A stretch of 52,558 bases of DNA from the IMG/VR virus record IMGVR_UViG_3300020351_000002, positions 1 through 52,558 of that record. One strand, given 5' to 3'. The notes below the pieces were generated by a model. It searched no databases and was not told where the DNA came from. It saw only the letters and a list, made by a program, of their open reading frames with translations. How positions within the stretch are numbered: the stretch's first letter is position 1; every line of letters begins with the position of its first letter. Made by a program: the position numbers and the translations under genes. Of the stretch, positions 7,642-15,630 are shown piece by piece. Source of the stretch: a virus. Its lineage: Duplodnaviria > Caudoviricetes.

Positions 7642-7914
7642 GGCTAGTTTCAACCTGTCGCCAAGACGAGGTCTTACCCAAGACCCTCATGGCCTCAAAG
7701 CAGCGTCCACCTGGGCCTTCTCCCCCCTTCCTCCGGGTGGGCGCTCTTTGAAGGCGATACCCCGCAAAGCAAAGCCCCCCATGGCTAAAACCAAGGAGGG
7801 CTTGCCGGTGCCTGCCAACAGTGTGGCGAACCACAAAGGTTCAAATGGCTGGAACCATGCAACAAAGCAGGGGACTCGCAAGAAAACCTGCTTGGTGCGT
7901 AGTAGAAACTAGCC
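7642..7914 (+). ncRNA. candidate structured ncRNA A (~273 nt), class unknown
   Basis: Perfect closing helix GGCTAGTTTC (7642-7651)/GAAACTAGCC (7905-7914) enclosing several hairpins; G-U pairs favour the + strand. Confidence 0.6.
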
Positions 7915-7921
7915 AAAAGCA

Positions 7922-7951
7922 TTGACGAGGGCAAGGTAGTGAGCGTAGCCT
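7922..7951 (+). promoter_or_regulatory. possible promoter between ncRNA A and B
   Basis: TTGACG, N18, TAGCCT. Confidence 0.35.
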
Positions 7952-7984
7952 CGCATCACTGCTCCACCAAAGAGCAGCCATAAT

Positions 7985-8263
7985 TTTCCGTCGTGTGGCC
8001 CCTGTTCAAAGGGCGAAACTGGCGGAGAAAGGACGCGCAAGAGGAGCCCTGCTCCGAGTTTGAACCCACCAGAACACAAGGTCTTATCAAGGCTTATGGC
8101 TTCGACAAAGAAGTCGCAAGGTCAACAGGTAACAACGCACCCCCGCCTGTTAAGTGCTCTGAGGGAAAGACCGCCTATCTAAAAGTGACCAGGATAGGAA
8201 TGGTTGAAACGCGCAGTCCAAAGGTGACCCAACCTAGCAAGGGTCACAGGATGGGGGTGCGTT
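7985..8263 (+). ncRNA. candidate pseudoknotted ncRNA B (~280 nt), class unknown
   Basis: Loop AACGCACCCCC (8134-8144) is perfectly complementary to GGGGGTGCGTT (8253-8263); many local stems. Confidence 0.55.
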
Positions 8264-8284
8264 TGGGGGGTAAGAGTTGGTCGT

Positions 8285-8313
8285 TTGACCTTTGAAACAG
8301 GTCTCTATATTAT
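8285..8313 (+). promoter_or_regulatory. sigma70-type promoter for the recombination module
   Basis: TTGACC (8285-8290), N17, TATTAT (8308-8313). Confidence 0.7.
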
Positions 8314-8427
8314 TGATTTTGTCAGTGTCTTACTGGCGTTGGGGCGTTAGTTATTTAAGGCGGGACAGTTGTTGTCCTGTCCGCAACCAATGATGGCGAT
8401 TGTCATCATTTTTTAGGAGAGAGAGAT

Positions 8428-9423
8428 ATGCCTGCTTATTTTGAAACTGGAATGTACGTTGGTGCCACCCCCTGGCACGGTCTTGGAACCTATGTTGGTG
8501 AAGAGGGTCTTAGGACGAAGGGTGCTTTAAAAAGAGGGGACCTCCTCTGGACTGTGAGCAAGCGGCCTTTGTTTACGGTACCGGAGGGCGGTGCCCTTGC
8601 GGCAGCGTCCATGCCGTCTGTCTGCCTGGAGGACTACCGGGCAATCATGCGGGACACCGACAACTCTGCATATGGGATTGTGAAGAAGGACTACACGCTC
8701 TTCCAGAACGAAGAGATGGGTGCCTTCGCAGACGATCTTATTGACGACGGCAGCCTGCGTATCCACACCGCTGGGTCGCTTAACGGTGGTCGTCAGGTGT
8801 GGTTGCTTGGCAAGGTTGGGTCTACCGAGATCATCCCCAAGGACAAGGTAGACCACTACCTCTTCTTGTATACGGGGCACGATGGGTCTACAGCCTTCCG
8901 CTGCATGTTCACAACGGTGCGTGTGGTTTGTGCAAACACGGCTGCTGTTGCACTGCGGAACTCTCGCGGGCAAAGCGTCAGCATTCGGCACACGAAGAAC
9001 ATGTCGCTTAAGTCTGGCGAGGCTGCTCGTGTCCTGGGCATTTCTCAGAAGGCATTTGCTGAGTCGGATGAGTTCATGCGAAAGCTTGCCGATGTTCCGA
9101 TGCCTCAGTCTGACTGGATTGATTTCTGCATGGAGCTATTCCCCACCCCGGTGGCAGACGAGGACGGCAATGTAAGCAAGCGTGCCATGTCTATCTCGGA
9201 GAACAACCGAAGCCAGCTGACGCGCCTGTTTGTTGGTGGTCGAGGTACTGAGATCCCAGGGGTTCGCGGAACTGGCTGGGCTGCATACAACGCACTAACT
9301 GAGTTCGCTGGCTATCACCGCACATCTCGCGGTGGCAAGGGCAAGCGCTTTGAGTCTCTGATGATGGGCTCTGGTGCGAAGTTCGTTCAGAACGGTACGA
9401 ACATCCTTCGCGGACTCGTTTAG
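8428..9423 (+). CDS. DUF932 family phage/plasmid-like protein (TIGR03299-like)
   Basis: PWHGLG, TAGSLNGGRQVW, HDGS, VRVVCANT, IRHT and GTGWAAYNALTE motifs. Confidence 0.9.
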   Translation: MPAYFETGMYVGATPWHGLGTYVGEEGLRTKGALKRGDLLWTVSKRPLFTVPEGGALAAASMPSVCLEDYRAIMRDTDNSAYGIVKKDYTLFQNEEMGAFADDLIDDGSLRIHTAGSLNGGRQVWLLGKVGSTEIIPKDKVDHYLFLYTGHDGSTAFRCMFTTVRVVCANTAAVALRNSRGQSVSIRHTKNMSLKSGEAARVLGISQKAFAESDEFMRKLADVPMPQSDWIDFCMELFPTPVADEDGNVSKRAMSISENNRSQLTRLFVGGRGTEIPGVRGTGWAAYNALTEFAGYHRTSRGGKGKRFESLMMGSGAKFVQNGTNILRGLV

Positions 9424-9424
9424 T

Positions 9425-9446
9425 TCTCAACTTTTAAAGGTTGAAA
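9425..9446. repeat. 22-bp palindromic repeat, copy 11 (TCTCAACTTTTAAAGGTTGAAA)
   Basis: 1 nt after the DUF932 stop and before the nuclease RBS. Confidence 0.95.
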
Positions 9447-9458
9447 AAGGGAGGGTTC

Positions 9459-10370
9459 ATGGAACTGCTAACGCAGACAGAGCTAGTCACGTTCAGCCGA
9501 TGTGAAGAGCGCCATAACATTCGCTACAACAGGCGGCTTACTCCCTTTGAGGAGCATCCAGCCTTGGCGATGGGAAGCGCTGTCCACGAAGGGCTTGAGC
9601 ATGGCTCAGTGAAAGCTGCGTTAGCGGTCATGGACGCCTCTGGAGACAGTGAATGGCCTGGATCGAGCGCGTCTGACAGGGTGCGCCGGTCCCAGGTCGC
9701 AGCCATGGTCGGAGGCGCTTTAGAGCGGTGGTCCTGCTGGCCTGACAAACACGAGGTTCAGTTTGAGATACCTCTCAGGCACCCGGACACAGACGTTCAT
9801 AGCGCAGAGCACAGGCTTAGCGGTGTGTTTGATGGTGTCTGGGAGGGGACCTACCCAGGGATGCCTGGAGAGTGGGTGTTGGGGGAGTGGAAGACTGCAT
9901 CCATTGTAAATAGGGACTATATCGCCCGTCTTGAGATCGACTTTCAGGTAACCACTTACTTGTACGCAGCGAGCGTCCTGTACCAGAGACCTGTTAGGAA
10001 GATGGTCTATCGGGTGATTAAAAAGCCAACGATTAGGCAGAAGAAGACAGAGAGTGCGAACGACTATGCAGAGCGCGTCCGCTTGGACTATCTGGAGAGA
10101 CCAGAGCACTACTTCTTTGATCAGGTAGTGACGCGAACAGATGCCCAGTTAATCGAGTGGAAGCGCCAAGCATGGGCCACGCACAGGAGAATACTTGAGA
10201 TTCAGAGAGGCGAGGCTGTGGCCATAAGGTCTACACAGTCCTGTCTGAGCAGAGGACGGTGCCCATACTTTGATCTTTGTACTGGTTCCGTCATAGAGAG
10301 CGCCTACCGGCGACTAAACACAAAGCACAGAGAGATTAAGAAGGAGAATAACAATGGGAATGATTCCTAA
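9459..10370 (+). CDS. PD-(D/E)XK exonuclease, AddB/Cas4-like (probable Fe-S cluster)
   Basis: FSRC, GSAVH, GVFDG, EWKT, QVTTY and C-terminal CxxxxxCPYFDLC; GGGAGG RBS. Confidence 0.85.
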   Translation: MELLTQTELVTFSRCEERHNIRYNRRLTPFEEHPALAMGSAVHEGLEHGSVKAALAVMDASGDSEWPGSSASDRVRRSQVAAMVGGALERWSCWPDKHEVQFEIPLRHPDTDVHSAEHRLSGVFDGVWEGTYPGMPGEWVLGEWKTASIVNRDYIARLEIDFQVTTYLYAASVLYQRPVRKMVYRVIKKPTIRQKKTESANDYAERVRLDYLERPEHYFFDQVVTRTDAQLIEWKRQAWATHRRILEIQRGEAVAIRSTQSCLSRGRCPYFDLCTGSVIESAYRRLNTKHREIKKENNNGNDS

Positions 10371-11088
10371 AGAGCCGACTCCGCCAAGCACTAGGATGGC
10401 GGATTATTCCTGGCTCTTCTACGGCAACGTAGGAGTTGGGAAGACAACATTGGCAAACCAGTTTCCTAGTCCAATATTTGTTGCAACGGAGCAGGGGACA
10501 ACGGCAATGCACGCTGCGTCTATTCCAGTGGGAAGCTGGGAAGACCTTAAGCTTGTGCTTGAGGCTCTCAGGACAGAGAAGCACGCTTACAAAACCGTCA
10601 TCCTTGACACCGTTGATGTGGCCTACGCGCTCTGTTCCACATATGTGTGCGAGGCAAACGGGTGGACCGATGTTTCCGATGGGGATTTTGGCCTGGGCTG
10701 GCGAGCGCTTGGGAGGGAGTGGACGAACATGATCGCCAAGTTAAGAACGCTGCCCATGTGTACGGTGTTTATCGGCCATGAGAAGTCTGAAGAAATTGTT
10801 GAACGAATTGGATCGAAGAACATGGCGACCGGGCGACAGAGGATTACTTCAGCGCTGCCCAGAAGCGCTAGGGCGACCTTGCACGCGGCCATGGACTTCA
10901 TTCTTCGCTGTGAGCTGACAGAGGATAACGAAAGGATCCTAAGGACTCAGCCAATCGAGAACAAGAGAGAGCGAATTGAGGTTAAGGCCCGTGGACACGA
11001 AGGGGCAATGCTTCCAGAGGTGGTGGAGATGAGCTTCACCTCTTTACAGGGGGCTTTTAAGAACAGCTTTGTTAAGGAGCAAAAATGA
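10354..11088 (+). CDS. AAA_24 / Sak4-like recombinase ATPase
   Basis: Walker A GNVGVGKT, Walker B VILDT, FIGHE; sits between a nuclease and an SSB. Confidence 0.85.
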   Translation: MGMIPKEPTPPSTRMADYSWLFYGNVGVGKTTLANQFPSPIFVATEQGTTAMHAASIPVGSWEDLKLVLEALRTEKHAYKTVILDTVDVAYALCSTYVCEANGWTDVSDGDFGLGWRALGREWTNMIAKLRTLPMCTVFIGHEKSEEIVERIGSKNMATGRQRITSALPRSARATLHAAMDFILRCELTEDNERILRTQPIENKRERIEVKARGHEGAMLPEVVEMSFTSLQGAFKNSFVKEQK

Positions 11089-11603
11089 CTACTGAAATCG
11101 AAGACATCTTCAACAACATCTCCCCCCCCGAAGAAGCTGATGGTGGGTCTAGAAAAAAGCGCCGAAAGGACGACGCGGATAAGATCCCAGACGGGGTCTA
11201 TCAAGCAAAGATTGTCGAGTTCTCAACCTTCCACAAAGACGACGATTACGGTAACCGGGACTACTTTACGGTCATGTGGTTTCAAGTAACGACTGGGCCA
11301 GCTGCGGGTGCAGAGGTTCAAAGCTTTTCATCCGTAGGCCCAAAGTCAGTACCGTTTATCAAGAGAGCCATTAAAAAGGTTACTGGTAAGGAGCCGTCCT
11401 GGTCTGATCTCTACGACAAGGAAATGGGATCGACTGGAAGCATTCAGTTCAAGCTTGTTGGAAAGCATGTTGAGATCCAGCAAAAGACCAATGGTAAGTA
11501 CGCGAACATCTACATAAACAAAGTCATCGACAGTTCGGGCGAACAAGGCTCAGCCTCGCCAGCAAACGACGACAGTGACAGGAATGTAGACGATTTATTC
11601 TAG
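11085..11603 (+). CDS. single-stranded DNA-binding protein (DUF669-like)
   Basis: IPDGVYQAKI motif, acidic C-terminal tail ending DDLF, position after the Sak4-like gene. Confidence 0.75.
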   Translation: MTTEIEDIFNNISPPEEADGGSRKKRRKDDADKIPDGVYQAKIVEFSTFHKDDDYGNRDYFTVMWFQVTTGPAAGAEVQSFSSVGPKSVPFIKRAIKKVTGKEPSWSDLYDKEMGSTGSIQFKLVGKHVEIQQKTNGKYANIYINKVIDSSGEQGSASPANDDSDRNVDDLF

Positions 11604-11607
11604 GAAT

Positions 11608-11846
11608 CAGCGCACGCTCCTTCCAAAGGCCCGTAGCTTCTGTGCGCTGTACCCACGACATGCCAAGTATGTCTTGAAGAAGTTCAGGTCTATGCCTGCC
11701 GGGGTCGAGCTAGGACTCGACAGGGTTAACGGACACCTGCTTAGAAGGTGGTCAAACCGGCATCTTCATTTCCGTAGAGGGGGTTGGGTATTTACTTCTT
11801 TCTACCAACTCCCTTGCAGTCACCCGCACAGGGAGGCACAGCGGGC
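11608..11846 (+). ncRNA. candidate structured intergenic RNA C / leader
   Basis: Consecutive stems: CAGCGCAC/GTGCGCTG, GACATGC/GTATGTC, GTCGAG/CTCGAC, CACCT/AGGTG, AGGGGGTTGG/CCAACTCCCT, CCCGC/GCGGG. Confidence 0.4.
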
Positions 11847-11890
11847 GGAAGCATCAGGTGCCTCAACTAACAACCAACCAGGAGAGAAAC

Positions 11891-12421
11891 ATGAAGACGG
11901 TTGACCCAAAGGATTACCGCTCCCTTTCAATGTGGGCGATTGATCTTGTTAGAAACAACCCATCGATGACAGCAGAGGGCTTTGATGACGAGTGTCAGAG
12001 GTGGGGAGTTGTTTGTGGCAGAGGTCCTTTTTACAAAGGCGTAAAGGCATACAGGGAAGAGCATGGGCTTGGAGCGCTTCCTCGCGGCGGGAAGCTGACT
12101 GGCAAGGCCCCGAAGCCAGCGAACTACCAGAGCGAAGGACAAGATGTCTTAGGCGGAACGACTAGAGGCCCAGAGAGGAGGCTTGTTAGGGGTGGGGCTG
12201 TTGCTGTTGAACAAAGTTCCAACGAGCTGGTCTCCAGGAAAGACAGGCTTATCCTTTCCGAGATCAATGAACACGCCGCCAGAATGATTGCCTGGATGAG
12301 GAAGTACAATGTAAGGGTTATCACCATGGAGTCGGAGAGCCAAGAGGTAACCCTCTCTAACGAGCCGTCCGTCAGTCGTCAGATTGTCCCCTCTCCACAC
12401 TTCACAGTCCAGAAGAAGTAG
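11891..12421 (+). CDS. hypothetical protein
   Basis: AGGAGAG RBS, ATG 11891. Confidence 0.8.
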   Translation: MKTVDPKDYRSLSMWAIDLVRNNPSMTAEGFDDECQRWGVVCGRGPFYKGVKAYREEHGLGALPRGGKLTGKAPKPANYQSEGQDVLGGTTRGPERRLVRGGAVAVEQSSNELVSRKDRLILSEINEHAARMIAWMRKYNVRVITMESESQEVTLSNEPSVSRQIVPSPHFTVQKK

Positions 12422-13003
12422 GTGGTCAAAGTGCAAAACGAAGGAGAGCTTCTTGCCAATCCAGGCCCCGTGGAGGCCGATGTCCACTGCGACAGAACCC
12501 TGGAAAGACCAAAAGGCCGGTCCTTGCGACAGGCAAGGGAGGACCTTATGGCTAACATCGACAAAGGGGTTGTGTGCCCCTGCTGTGGGCAGCTGGCCAA
12601 GGTCTACAAAAGAAAACTCAATAAGAAGATGGCCGAGTGGCTTGTCTGGCTTGTGGGTAAATACCTACACAGTACCGGGCACATACCCTCCAACTGGATA
12701 GACGTTAAAGAAAGCCGGGTTAGAGGAGGAGATTACGCGAAGCTAGCTCTTTGGGGTCTCGCGAAGAGGAAGCCCGTCGAAGAGGGGGCTAAGTCAAGAA
12801 CCTCTGGCCTATGGAAGCCAACCCCAATTGGAATCGACTTTGCCATTGGCAGAAGACGGGCCCCGTCACACCTGTTCGTCTTCAACAACTCTGTTGTGGG
12901 CGAGTCAGAAACCACCATCTCAATAAAAGAGGCTATGGGAGAGGGGTTTGACTATCAGGACGTTTACTACTGGAGCAGCGGGGAGGACATAAGAACGCCA
13001 TGA
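12422..13003 (+). CDS. hypothetical protein with CPCCG zinc knuckle, possible winged-helix DNA-binding protein
   Basis: CPCCGQ..KVYKR and SGLWKPT motifs; start uncertain. Confidence 0.75.
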   Translation: MVKVQNEGELLANPGPVEADVHCDRTLERPKGRSLRQAREDLMANIDKGVVCPCCGQLAKVYKRKLNKKMAEWLVWLVGKYLHSTGHIPSNWIDVKESRVRGGDYAKLALWGLAKRKPVEEGAKSRTSGLWKPTPIGIDFAIGRRRAPSHLFVFNNSVVGESETTISIKEAMGEGFDYQDVYYWSSGEDIRTP

Positions 13004-13209
13004 AGCATAAGCATAAATACGGCCCGTGGAAGCTCTACAAGCCGTGGGATAAGAGGAAAATGGGCGACAAGGAGTTTGTCGCCAGTCAGAGGATGCCGCC
13101 GTTTTGGTACCAGTCTTGTGAGTGCGGCTTTGAAAACTGGATAAGGAAAGAGTCTAAGCCCAAGGCGAGCTTCAAGTTCATGGCGCACTGGGGGTCAAGG
13201 TCTCTCTAG
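13000..13209 (+). CDS. small basic hypothetical protein
   Basis: ATGA overlap; last gene before the strand switch. Confidence 0.65.
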   Translation: MKHKHKYGPWKLYKPWDKRKMGDKEFVASQRMPPFWYQSCECGFENWIRKESKPKASFKFMAHWGSRSL

Positions 13210-13211
13210 AC

Positions 13212-13568
13212 CTATGAGATGAACAGGGTTGCGTCTACGTCTGCCCCTGGGTCTCCGGTATTGTCTGACGAAGTCGCGGCCTGAACCGTAAACGCAACGT
13301 CAAAGGTTGCCCCAATGTCTATGTAAACAACCATTGTGGTGGTGGCGGCAATCGGAATCATAATGTCTGCCGCGTTTGCGGTAAACGATCCAGAGTTCTC
13401 AAGGGCCATGTATCTAGTTGCCCCGGCACCATTTACCAACCGCATGGCGTAAAGACTTCCAGTGGTCCCAGTAACCCCGGTCAGACCAGCCAAAGGAACC
13501 TCTTCAACCTTCACAATTGTTGACTGAAAGTTTGTTGCGTAAGGGGTTACGTTAATTGAGGTGGCCAT
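13212..13568 (-). CDS. putative virion structural protein (paralog of 13577-13951)
   Basis: Beta-rich T/A/G composition; GSLYAM matches GTLYAV in the neighbour. Confidence 0.75.
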   Translation of the reverse strand: MATSINVTPYATNFQSTIVKVEEVPLAGLTGVTGTTGSLYAMRLVNGAGATRYMALENSGSFTANAADIMIPIAATTTMVVYIDIGATFDVAFTVQAATSSDNTGDPGADVDATLFIS

Positions 13569-13576
13569 GTCTGCTC

Positions 13577-13951
13577 CTAATCAAGGATTCTCATAGTAAC
13601 GGTTCCAGAGGGAGTGGCAGTGCCACCCTCTCCACCCTGCGTAACAGCTACGACAGTAATTCCTGCAGAAATCGTAATCCCAACGTCAAAGGTGTATTGA
13701 ATCTTCTTTGAACCTGGGCACATTAGGATCATGGTCGGAGTGGTTGTGCCAACAGTGACCGCCCCAGCAGTGTCGTACATCTTGAAGTAAGTGGTAGCGG
13801 TGTTGAGAGTGTTGTCCACCTCAACCGCATACAGGGTGCCCGCACCGGAAGAAGCAAGCTCCGCATCAGCAACCCCGTCCTTGAAGGGCTGCGTTACAAC
13901 GTGAACAGCGGTTCCTACCGCTGAAGGGATATTTGACTGAACTACGGCCAT
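13577..13951 (-). CDS. putative virion structural protein
   Basis: Beta-rich; YFKMYD..VTVGTTTP motif. Confidence 0.75.
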   Translation of the reverse strand: MAVVQSNIPSAVGTAVHVVTQPFKDGVADAELASSGAGTLYAVEVDNTLNTATTYFKMYDTAGAVTVGTTTPTMILMCPGSKKIQYTFDVGITISAGITVVAVTQGGEGGTATPSGTVTMRILD

Positions 13952-13953
13952 GT

Positions 13954-14487
13954 CTACCTCGTACCTATAAGCGCCGCCGCCAGGAAAACAGACATAACAC
14001 CAGCGCCGACACCAGCGCTAACGATACCGACTTCTACCTGACGACGGCGAGCCATTTGAAGAAGCTTTGCAATTTCTTCGCTCTCTTTTTGATGCCTCTC
14101 AGCTGCCCGCACAGAGTAATCGCGCCACAACCCAAGTTGTTTCCTTACCAGCGGATACCTGTCCCTCGCCTCCCTGGCAGTCACCCACCAGCCAGGAGCC
14201 AAAACAATGTGCCTGCACTTGCTCTTTCGATAGCGATCCACCGCAGGATGAGTGTCTTGGGGGAGAATAACTTCTACACCACCGTCAATATCGCCCCATG
14301 CCCCCTCGAACCATTTGCCCGTAGAAGGCTCCAGCGTGTATCTGGGGCAGTCGAAGTCCTCAAGGGTGGGGAAGGTAAGCTCAGGCGCTTCAATGGGCTG
14401 AGGAGCCGCCACAGGCTCTTTGCGGACATACTGCAAAGGAGAGCACCCGGCACAGAGCATGGACAAGAGGACAATGAGGCGGATCAC
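13954..14487 (-). CDS. lipoprotein, possible spanin component
   Basis: Signal peptide with lipobox-like LCAGC, C-terminal hydrophobic segment, in the lysis cluster. Confidence 0.6.
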   Translation of the reverse strand: MIRLIVLLSMLCAGCSPLQYVRKEPVAAPQPIEAPELTFPTLEDFDCPRYTLEPSTGKWFEGAWGDIDGGVEVILPQDTHPAVDRYRKSKCRHIVLAPGWWVTAREARDRYPLVRKQLGLWRDYSVRAAERHQKESEEIAKLLQMARRRQVEVGIVSAGVGAGVMSVFLAAALIGTR

Positions 14488-14840
14488 GACTTAAGCCTTT
14501 CTCTCTTTCGCATCTTCAGGCTTTCCTGCTCGCCGGAAGCTTCGCTGTGGATGGCCTTTTCTGCGGCAACCTCCACTTCAAGACTCTTCTCTGTTTCTTT
14601 GCGGTCTTCCTTGGCGGCAGTCCTGCCAGATTTAATCTCTTTAGTTGAACTGAATACCTTTGAGGCCCGGTCCCGCTCCTTCTGGGCTACCGCCATGGCA
14701 ACTATCGCAGCAAGGACAGCCGCAATGGCTCCGCCTGCCGCTGCCAGCTTTCCGCGTATCGCTGGAAACTTCACTGCGGCAACGCCAAGAGCAACCAAGG
14801 CTAGCGCTAAGACTGCAACCATGAGGCCCACTTCCATCAC
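14484..14840 (-). CDS. membrane protein with coiled coil, possible spanin component
   Basis: N-terminal hydrophobic helices followed by a charged helical tail. Confidence 0.6.
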   Translation of the reverse strand: MMEVGLMVAVLALALVALGVAAVKFPAIRGKLAAAGGAIAAVLAAIVAMAVAQKERDRASKVFSSTKEIKSGRTAAKEDRKETEKSLEVEVAAEKAIHSEASGEQESLKMRKRERLKS

Positions 14841-15223
14841 TTCTTTCCACTAACGGAAGCGCCGGAGATAATCTTTTTAAGCCGGTCGGGAAGGGCTTTT
14901 GAAACAGCGACATAAATACCTGGTGCCATGGAGCCTGCAATGCAGCCAAGGATAGGTCCCCAGCTAGTCTCAAACCAAGACGGCCATAGGGGCATGCAGC
15001 CCAGCGCGCCGCCGACAACAACACAAAGAGACCTGGTTAACCAGCGTAAAAAGTCTTCCTGGGCGCGAGAAAGCTTGCCGTCGTCGTCAATGTACTTCGC
15101 GATCATCCGAATCAGGGGCTTAACAACCTGCCCAATGACCGCGTATGTGGCAAGGGATATTCCGGCTGACCGAATCGCCAGTTCCATGTAGTCAGAGGTG
15201 GTCATCTTTTTCTCTCCAGCCAT
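14837..15223 (-). CDS. holin-like membrane protein
   Basis: About 3 hydrophobic segments and a basic C-terminus, near the endolysin. Confidence 0.55.
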   Translation of the reverse strand: MAGEKKMTTSDYMELAIRSAGISLATYAVIGQVVKPLIRMIAKYIDDDGKLSRAQEDFLRWLTRSLCVVVGGALGCMPLWPSWFETSWGPILGCIAGSMAPGIYVAVSKALPDRLKKIISGASVSGKK

Positions 15224-15630
15224 TCAATTCGTTGCTCAAGCAACCGAACATCTGCTTTTATTTCGCCAATCACCCTCATGTGATCCATGCTTGTTGGAGG
15301 AGTCTTCATGTCAGACTCTATTTCTGCGATGGTTTCGTTAAGCCGGTCAATGCGGTCTTTAACAACATCCAGATCTGACTCGGCAGCAAGAGCATCTAGA
15401 TCACTCTGTGCTTCCTGCAACGATCGAACGTCGCCTCGTAAGTCGTAATAAGCGCCAGCCAAAGCTAGTGCCTGGGTGAGTAGAAATACGCTTAGACCAA
15501 CCGCTGCCTTTAGGGGGATCTTTTGCTCGACAAGACCCCGCTCCTGAGAGCTGTCCAGGGCCTGCTCCACCGCATCCTTGACCGTCGCAATCGTCTTCGT
15601 AGTGCTCCACTTTGGATCGTTTTGATTCAC
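15202..15630 (-). CDS. membrane-anchored coiled-coil protein
   Basis: One TM segment then a heptad repeat. Confidence 0.7.
   Translation of the reverse strand: MNQNDPKWSTTKTIATVKDAVEQALDSSQERGLVEQKIPLKAAVGLSVFLLTQALALAGAYYDLRGDVRSLQEAQSDLDALAAESDLDVVKDRIDRLNETIAEIESDMKTPPTSMDHMRVIGEIKADVRLLEQRIEWLERKR

Noticed and set aside
7617-7969. tmRNA (GGGGCT...GCTCCACCA about 350 nt apart)
   Set aside because: Only 5 acceptor-stem pairs form, there is no T-arm (GGTTCRA) before the CCA, no tag ORF is evident, and CCACCA sits in a local hairpin loop.
7642-8263. Group I intron or RNase P RNA
   Set aside because: I could not find group I P/Q/R/S elements or the RNase P GAGGAAAGUCC signature, and no interrupted gene flanks the region.
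7993-8295. 100-aa ORF in the structured region
   Set aside because: GTG start with no RBS, overlaps the next promoter, no recognisable motif; RNA structure explains the region better.
43-9446. Palindrome series as a CRISPR array
   Set aside because: Intervals are ~180-3100 bp, variable and gene-containing; no cas1/cas2 or leader.
1906-9458. ORF-track TTG starts at 1906, 2389, 2836, 3476, 5546 and 9441
   Set aside because: They are the TTG of the repeat's TTGAAA arm; RBS-supported ATGs lie a few codons downstream.
9459-10370. Cas4 as part of a CRISPR-Cas locus
   Set aside because: Context (Sak4-like ATPase, SSB) is that of an ordinary phage recombination exonuclease; no other cas genes.
11221-11230. 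Motif half-site TCTCAACCTT in the SSB gene (similar at ~13502)
   Set aside because: Inside coding sequence and lacking both the TTTAAA core and the second arm; likely chance.
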